Shown here: positions 58,598 through 64,000 of the stretch, piece by piece
Position numbering within the stretch: the first letter of the stretch is position 1
Layout: each line of letters starts with the position of its first letter
NCBI GenBank assembly: GCA_963924565.1
Contig: OZ004610.1
Location: 7,564,001 to 7,628,000 of the forward strand
Source of the DNA: Ascidiella aspersa
Taxonomy: Eukaryota
Length of the DNA stretch: 64,000 bases
Direction: 5' to 3'
Notes under the pieces: model-generated
What the model was told of the DNA's origin: nothing
What the model saw: the letters and a program-made list of their open reading frames with translations, nothing else
Databases searched by the model: none
Translations under genes and position numbers: made by a program

Positions 58598-61500
58598 GCC
58601 TAAACGATTCCATGAATACAAGCGGTTTAAAATTTGTCAACTTTTCGCTTTGGCATTACCAGATTGCCAGTCTATCTCAAGTTTTCAACCTATAGGTAAC
58701 CGTTTAATGAGGTTGGGTCGCCGGCTTCAGTAGTTAACAGATTTATGGAGACTAACAGTAGTTCATACAGTTAGATTTTATTACGAACGGTCCATGGGAC
58801 TTTTTTTTTTAATTTGGGTGAAATACGAAGATATGACTGAATTTAGTTCAATTCGAATTTATTTATGCTTTTTGTGTTACGTTTTGTTAAAAAAATGTGT
58901 AGTGAATAGAATTGGGTGGCCAAAGTTCCACTGTTATACTTACGCTTAATGTTCAATCGCCGCGAAAAAAGGTTAAGAAACACTGGAGGACTAGGGTCAT
59001 TATATCAGTCTGCATTTCATAGCCCTTTGGGCAAGGGAGGCGTGCGAAGCGCCGAAACTTTAGACGAGCATGTGTACAAACAGGGATTTATGTACACCTG
59101 TATTTCACAAACCTTTCAGCGAGGGGGAGGGGGCTGCATAGCGCCAAAATATTAATATGTGCACGTGTACAAACAGGGATTTATGTGCACCTTTATTTTT
59201 TACTTTTCAAAACACCGATGTAAACCAAGTGAACACTGTCAAAAATTGGGTGTGAATTTTGCTTGTTCAGTGTGCACCCTATGATTTGCATTATATATAT
59301 ATATATATATATGTGTAATTATGATGCATATATAGTTGAATGTGCACCTTCCACAGAATGCAAGTTAGCATATATAGGGTCGGCGCATAGACGTCATGTA
59401 ATGACATACGCAATTGCACTAGCACTTTGACCCATCGTTATTATTTAAAGTGATTTTTCGTCATCACTATGCGTTAACCCATTAGTATCGACGTCAAAAT
59501 CAATCGTTTAACAATATTTTACATCAGGTGCGTGCGGCGTGATGGTAACTTGCAAATGCCAAAGATTTATTAAATGAATATTTCAATCATTCACACAGTT
59601 AAGTAAAACAGCCGTTAACCTGGCCATTTTTTCAGCGAATAGCGACGTATACCTCGCTTCGCAAGCGGCCTTTGTTGTGATTTGACCTGATATTGATATG
59701 TGGTTCATCGTGCGAGAAACCTGATTTAGGTGTTCTTTCTAATGTAAAGCTCAAAGGCTACCACAAAAAACACAACCACAAGGCAGTATAGGCAATAAGT
59801 GGATAAATACGTCCGGTGTACACTCATTTAATTGGTTGGTCAAGTGAAATTCTTTCAAATAAAGGCGAATTCGAAATGAAGTTCTTTTTTAGACATATCA
59901 TTTTTTAGGCACTGAAATTGAAAAAAAATCCTCACAATCAAGAGTATTGCGTTGCACAGCAAACAACATAAACCTAATTTTTAGCGTTGAAACCGTTCTT
60001 GTTGTCGAAATTCCAAGAGATACCTACGCGATCGCTTTCGCTATTTCGTTCATCAATTCGTTTTTCGAAAAGTGCAAGGCTATTGATTTCGTCAGAGGGC
60101 TCAATGTAATTTAAAGTCTTTCTGTGACATTCGCAACCAAATGGGTTGATTTATATAAGTCAAGTCATTCAAACGGGGCACTGAATTACTTTGGCACACG
60201 TCCACCCCTTAGTCCACTCCCCACGTGGTCCCGCGAGTCGGCCTGTTCAATTTCGGCAATTTCAAACTGACAGGGGCCAATCAAGAGGTTAGCGCGCGGT
60301 TAAAGGGGTCGGCGGCCTCGGGGCAGGGATGACGTGTTGGCCCGTGGCTCCGTTGGCCGGCGTCAGGCCGCAAGGCAAATCGCGGTGAATTAAAGTGCTC
60401 AATCCCTGCGGGTATAGCAGCGGTTTACGCAAGCCAGGAGCGACGCGCCATTGATTCATCAGCAATCGACTTGTCTGGGAGCCCGAAGTGGCCTAAGATT
60501 TAAATTAATTCACGATGCGCACGTCCAGGCAGAAGCTCCCAAGTCCAAGTCGGTTATATACAATGCGAAGTGGACGAAACAAGACGTTTTTCGTATTCTG
60601 CTATCGGAGCAGTGGCGTCTAAACGTTTTTCTGGTCGTTTTCACTGAGAACAATTTAACCGTTGTCGAACTTAAGCGTGGCCTGCAATCAAATAATGATA
60701 AAAAAGTAAACCACATACTGATTAAGGTAATAGGTTACACTCAAATGTCCTTACAAGTTAAACAACTAAAGGCCTATAGTTGCCATTGCTATTAAAGCGG
60801 TTCATAATCAGGCTTGTTTTTCATATGCCCTAAATAGCTTTAATTATCCTGCTATGGGGGTTATTATTAACAGTTCATTAGTTTAGACTTAGGGATTAAA
60901 AGAGAGGCACCTGAATGCGTTGTTTTTACGTGTTCCCAGAGCTTAAAAAAATACCAAAAATAAATCATCTGACGTCACACTTTAGCCTGTCGTAAAGATA
61001 CACTTCAAATCGAGCAACACTATAACTACTTAAAAAAAAAACTAAGAAAAAACTACCAAGAGTGCCAAAAAATTTCAAACTAATTCATAGGACTCGTTAA
61101 ACCAGAGAATGGTATTGCATTCGCAGCATAGCATCATTGTATGTGTAACATACAGGTACCTGCTACGTAAAATAGCATTTGTCGTAGTCATTTCAAAGCA
61201 AATAGTGAAGAGGATAACTGATTCATTTTGCAAGTGACCCCTTTTGTGATTGGACTTGAAATAGGCATGTTGTTATGACAAAACATGTTGTTATGCAAAT
61301 CATGACAAACCTGTGTTTTTATGTGTTAAGCTCAAGAAATCAGAAAAAAATGAAAAAAAATGCTTTTTGGCCATGTTTGACAGTAATATGACAATTTTAC
61401 GATTTAAAATATTGCAGGATTGCTGAGCAAAAAAAAAATTATAAACAAGGGGCATCGGCGTTAATTCAAACCGAACCATTTGGTGGGAAAATGCAATCAC

Positions 61501-61664
61501 ACTTGGCATTTCACATCACACTCTGAGACTGCCAAGCTGAATTTGTTCACCATATTTTTTGGGTGTCTTTCAAATTTATTCTTTTTCGGTAAAAAAAATA
61601 GAAACGAAACTCAGGTGGGGCAAATCGAGGGCGCGGGTAACAAAATCAAAACGGATGGCGAGGC

Positions 61665-62011
61665 TCAGCGACAAATGAGCGTCTGAAATAACAAGGTGAG
61701 AAAACACAGGGTGAAAGCGGCGAAAAGGCCTGGGGACTGACTGGGGCTAGAACCACCCGGCACCGCGGCGGTGGTGCAACCGGCACATTTGCCCGGTAGC
61801 CGAGAATGGCGCACTTTAAAATGGGTAGTGGTGTTTGTGTAAAGCCGATGGTGGCTACCTGCCATAGTCACAGTGGTCAAGTCTACAGCGCCATGTCGGT
61901 GGTCATGGTGCTTGTTAAGCTGACTCTGTGTGGTGGGCTTGGGCTCCGTCTGGGCTGAACAGTTGTAGCAGTTGGACATTGTCAACGCCGGCTCGTTTTC
62001 TGTATTCAGGC
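61665..62011 (-). CDS. Terminal coding exon of an unidentified, probably GPI-anchored protein (upstream exons not found in the window)
   Basis: TGTTCAG acceptor; GC-richer coding-like sequence; His/Thr-rich stalk; GGSSPSQSPG spacer, then hydrophobic tail LFAAFTLCFLTLLFQTLICR*. Confidence 0.6.
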
Positions 62012-62298
62012 CTGAACAGAACATAACGTTGTGTTGATTTTTTATGGTTTTAGCTGGAACTTCAGCCATAAGACAACGAGATAAGAACAACATCAACGTC
62101 AAAATATAACACAGTTCGGAATAAGGCCAAAATAGGACTAATACATAATGGTTGTAGTGCTGTTTAAAACAGAATAAGTCCTAAATCCGTCGTAATGGGA
62201 CCTAAATGGACAAAATCAGGCCTAAAAAACACTTTTACTAACCCCAAACCCCACCCTTAAGTACATCACTAACTCCCCTAATAATTTAAACCCTAACC

Positions 62299-62607
62299 CA
62301 GGGATGTCCAACCTGCGGCCCGCGGGCCACATTGCGGCCCGTCTGAAATTTTTGTGCGGCCCGCTAGTCATTTTCACACCCAAGTAGTATTTTAAACGTT
62401 CAATATTAGCCCAATTAAAAGGTACCAGTCAGCTTTTAGGGGCGCGCTAACAGTACAATATGGGTAAATAAATATATATATAACTCTGAAGGACCGTTAT
62501 AACTCTAAAGAGCAATACCTAATCTTTAAACGTAGTAGGTTCTGCGGCCCATTGAATTATTTCAAGTGTCAATGCGGCCCACTATAATAAAATGTTGGAA
62601 ATCCCTG
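62299..62607. mobile_element. hAT-type MITE nested in a CCCTAA-rich (Helitron/helentron-like) repeat at ~62100-62760 (related inverted copy ~33330-33640)
   Basis: CAGGGATGTCCAAC...GTTGGAAATCCCTG; TSD CCCTAACC. Confidence 0.8.
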
Positions 62608-64000
62608 CCCTAACCTATTTTCTAACCCAACCCATTATCCTACAATAACTCCAAACAGGACCAAAAATCTGGCATCCAAACATCGTCACCAAAACGGCAG
62701 ATGCCAGACCGACGGCCCCTGATTTTCCCATATCCTCCACACACAGTTTCAGGTGTTATTTTAGCCATTTTAGCCTTATTCGGACGATTTTAGGACGTAT
62801 TTCGGCAGATTTAAGCTTATCCAGATGATTCCAATCTTATTCTGTAATGGATATTACTGTGTATTTGGCTATATTATGTGGTTGGTTTTAATTTATGGTT
62901 TTATAGATTTTTCTGCTTTAGGTATCATTGCTTTTTAGGTCTTATTGTGTGTTCCCCCAGGAACCTATGGCTGTTTTGATAATGTATTCTTGATCGCAGA
63001 TAAATCTAAGCAATTATTATTTGTTATCATGACTTAAATAAAACTACATGAGGGCATGACCCCTTTTAAATGTATTTGTTTAAAAACAAGTGTATATCAT
63101 AACAAAATTCTCCACACTTTGCTCGAATCCTGTTTGTCTATTCTGCCTGTTAGCCGATTTGACGAAGACCTTTATATCCGTACAAAATTTTTTCACACTT
63201 CCTGCATTGTCTTTATAAACAACCAAATTCAACTAGATGTGGAAAAATACAATATGGCTCATTGAAATACAATCAAAAACAGTTGGGTTTAATGGCTCCC
63301 TTCAAAGTAAAAAAGGTACCAGTTCACTTAATTGGTTTATTAATTAGGAAACAGCAGCCTAGTTTCGTTAGTCTTGGATTTTAGCGGCATTTTTTTTACT
63401 AATCAGTGGCCACAAGCGGAAAACATTAACGTCCTGTATTTTGATCTACCTTTTAAATAACATTAACCAACTGTTGGGGTTTGAGGCTTTATGTATCGTT
63501 TTTACTGATGTAGCCCAATAGTAAAAGTAACATGTTCACTTCTAGTTTTTACATGTTTGTGGACGTTAATAAAAACATCTGCCTAACGCTGCCCATCAAA
63601 AAAGTTTATCATATAATCTAGAACCGGGATCCGCAACCTTTTTCTAGTTGTGGGCCAAAACCAAACTCAGCAAGGTCTGGCAGGTTAGAATAAATTTCTT
63701 TAACAATTTTGTTATAATAATGTGTGGCTCTTGACAATTTAATTAGAATAAACGTTAATGAAAATTAGTCCAATTCTATTACAAAAGGCAGCGTCGCAGA
63801 AGCGCGAAACATTTGGCATTTGTTTAGTTTAAGGCAACATTTTCACATTAAAAGGAGACGTGACACATTGCACACACAAAAATTCACACAATGCTTATAC
63901 TTTAGTTATATACTTTATATATATCACTAACTAAGAAATGTATCAGCGAAAAATAAACTTAGCAAAACTTGTATTCTAGAGAGTTTCAGTGCAAACAGTG

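Overview
AT-rich, intron-containing animal DNA. It is most plausibly a tunicate or other marine invertebrate, inferred from gene content only. Positions ~1-22 kb hold no supportable gene, only hAT-type MITEs, hairpin retro-inserts and short duplications. At 23414-46865 (+) is a 16-coding-exon gene (~812 aa, assembled by hand, with all intron phases consistent). It encodes signal peptide - CBM2-like domain - P/T linker - thyroglobulin type-1 domain - P/T linker - GH9 cellulase fold. The GH9 catalytic acid (NEV->NGV) and one Asp of the DAGD motif (->LSGD) are replaced, so it is probably a cellulose-binding pseudo-cellulase. Its last intron carries an antisense Ty3/Gypsy LTR element (41489-46415; 374-bp LTRs, GTAG TSD, tRNA-Trp-type PBS). 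That element has lost gag/PR/RT but keeps an RNase H remnant, integrase and a frameshifted env that resembles herpesvirus gB (class III fusogen). A 4-exon MORN5 gene follows (48692-52925, +), with a tRNA-derived insertion in intron 2. The window ends with the terminal exon of an unidentified GPI-anchored protein (61665-62011, -). Penelope-type minimal hammerhead motifs occur in several hairpin repeats.
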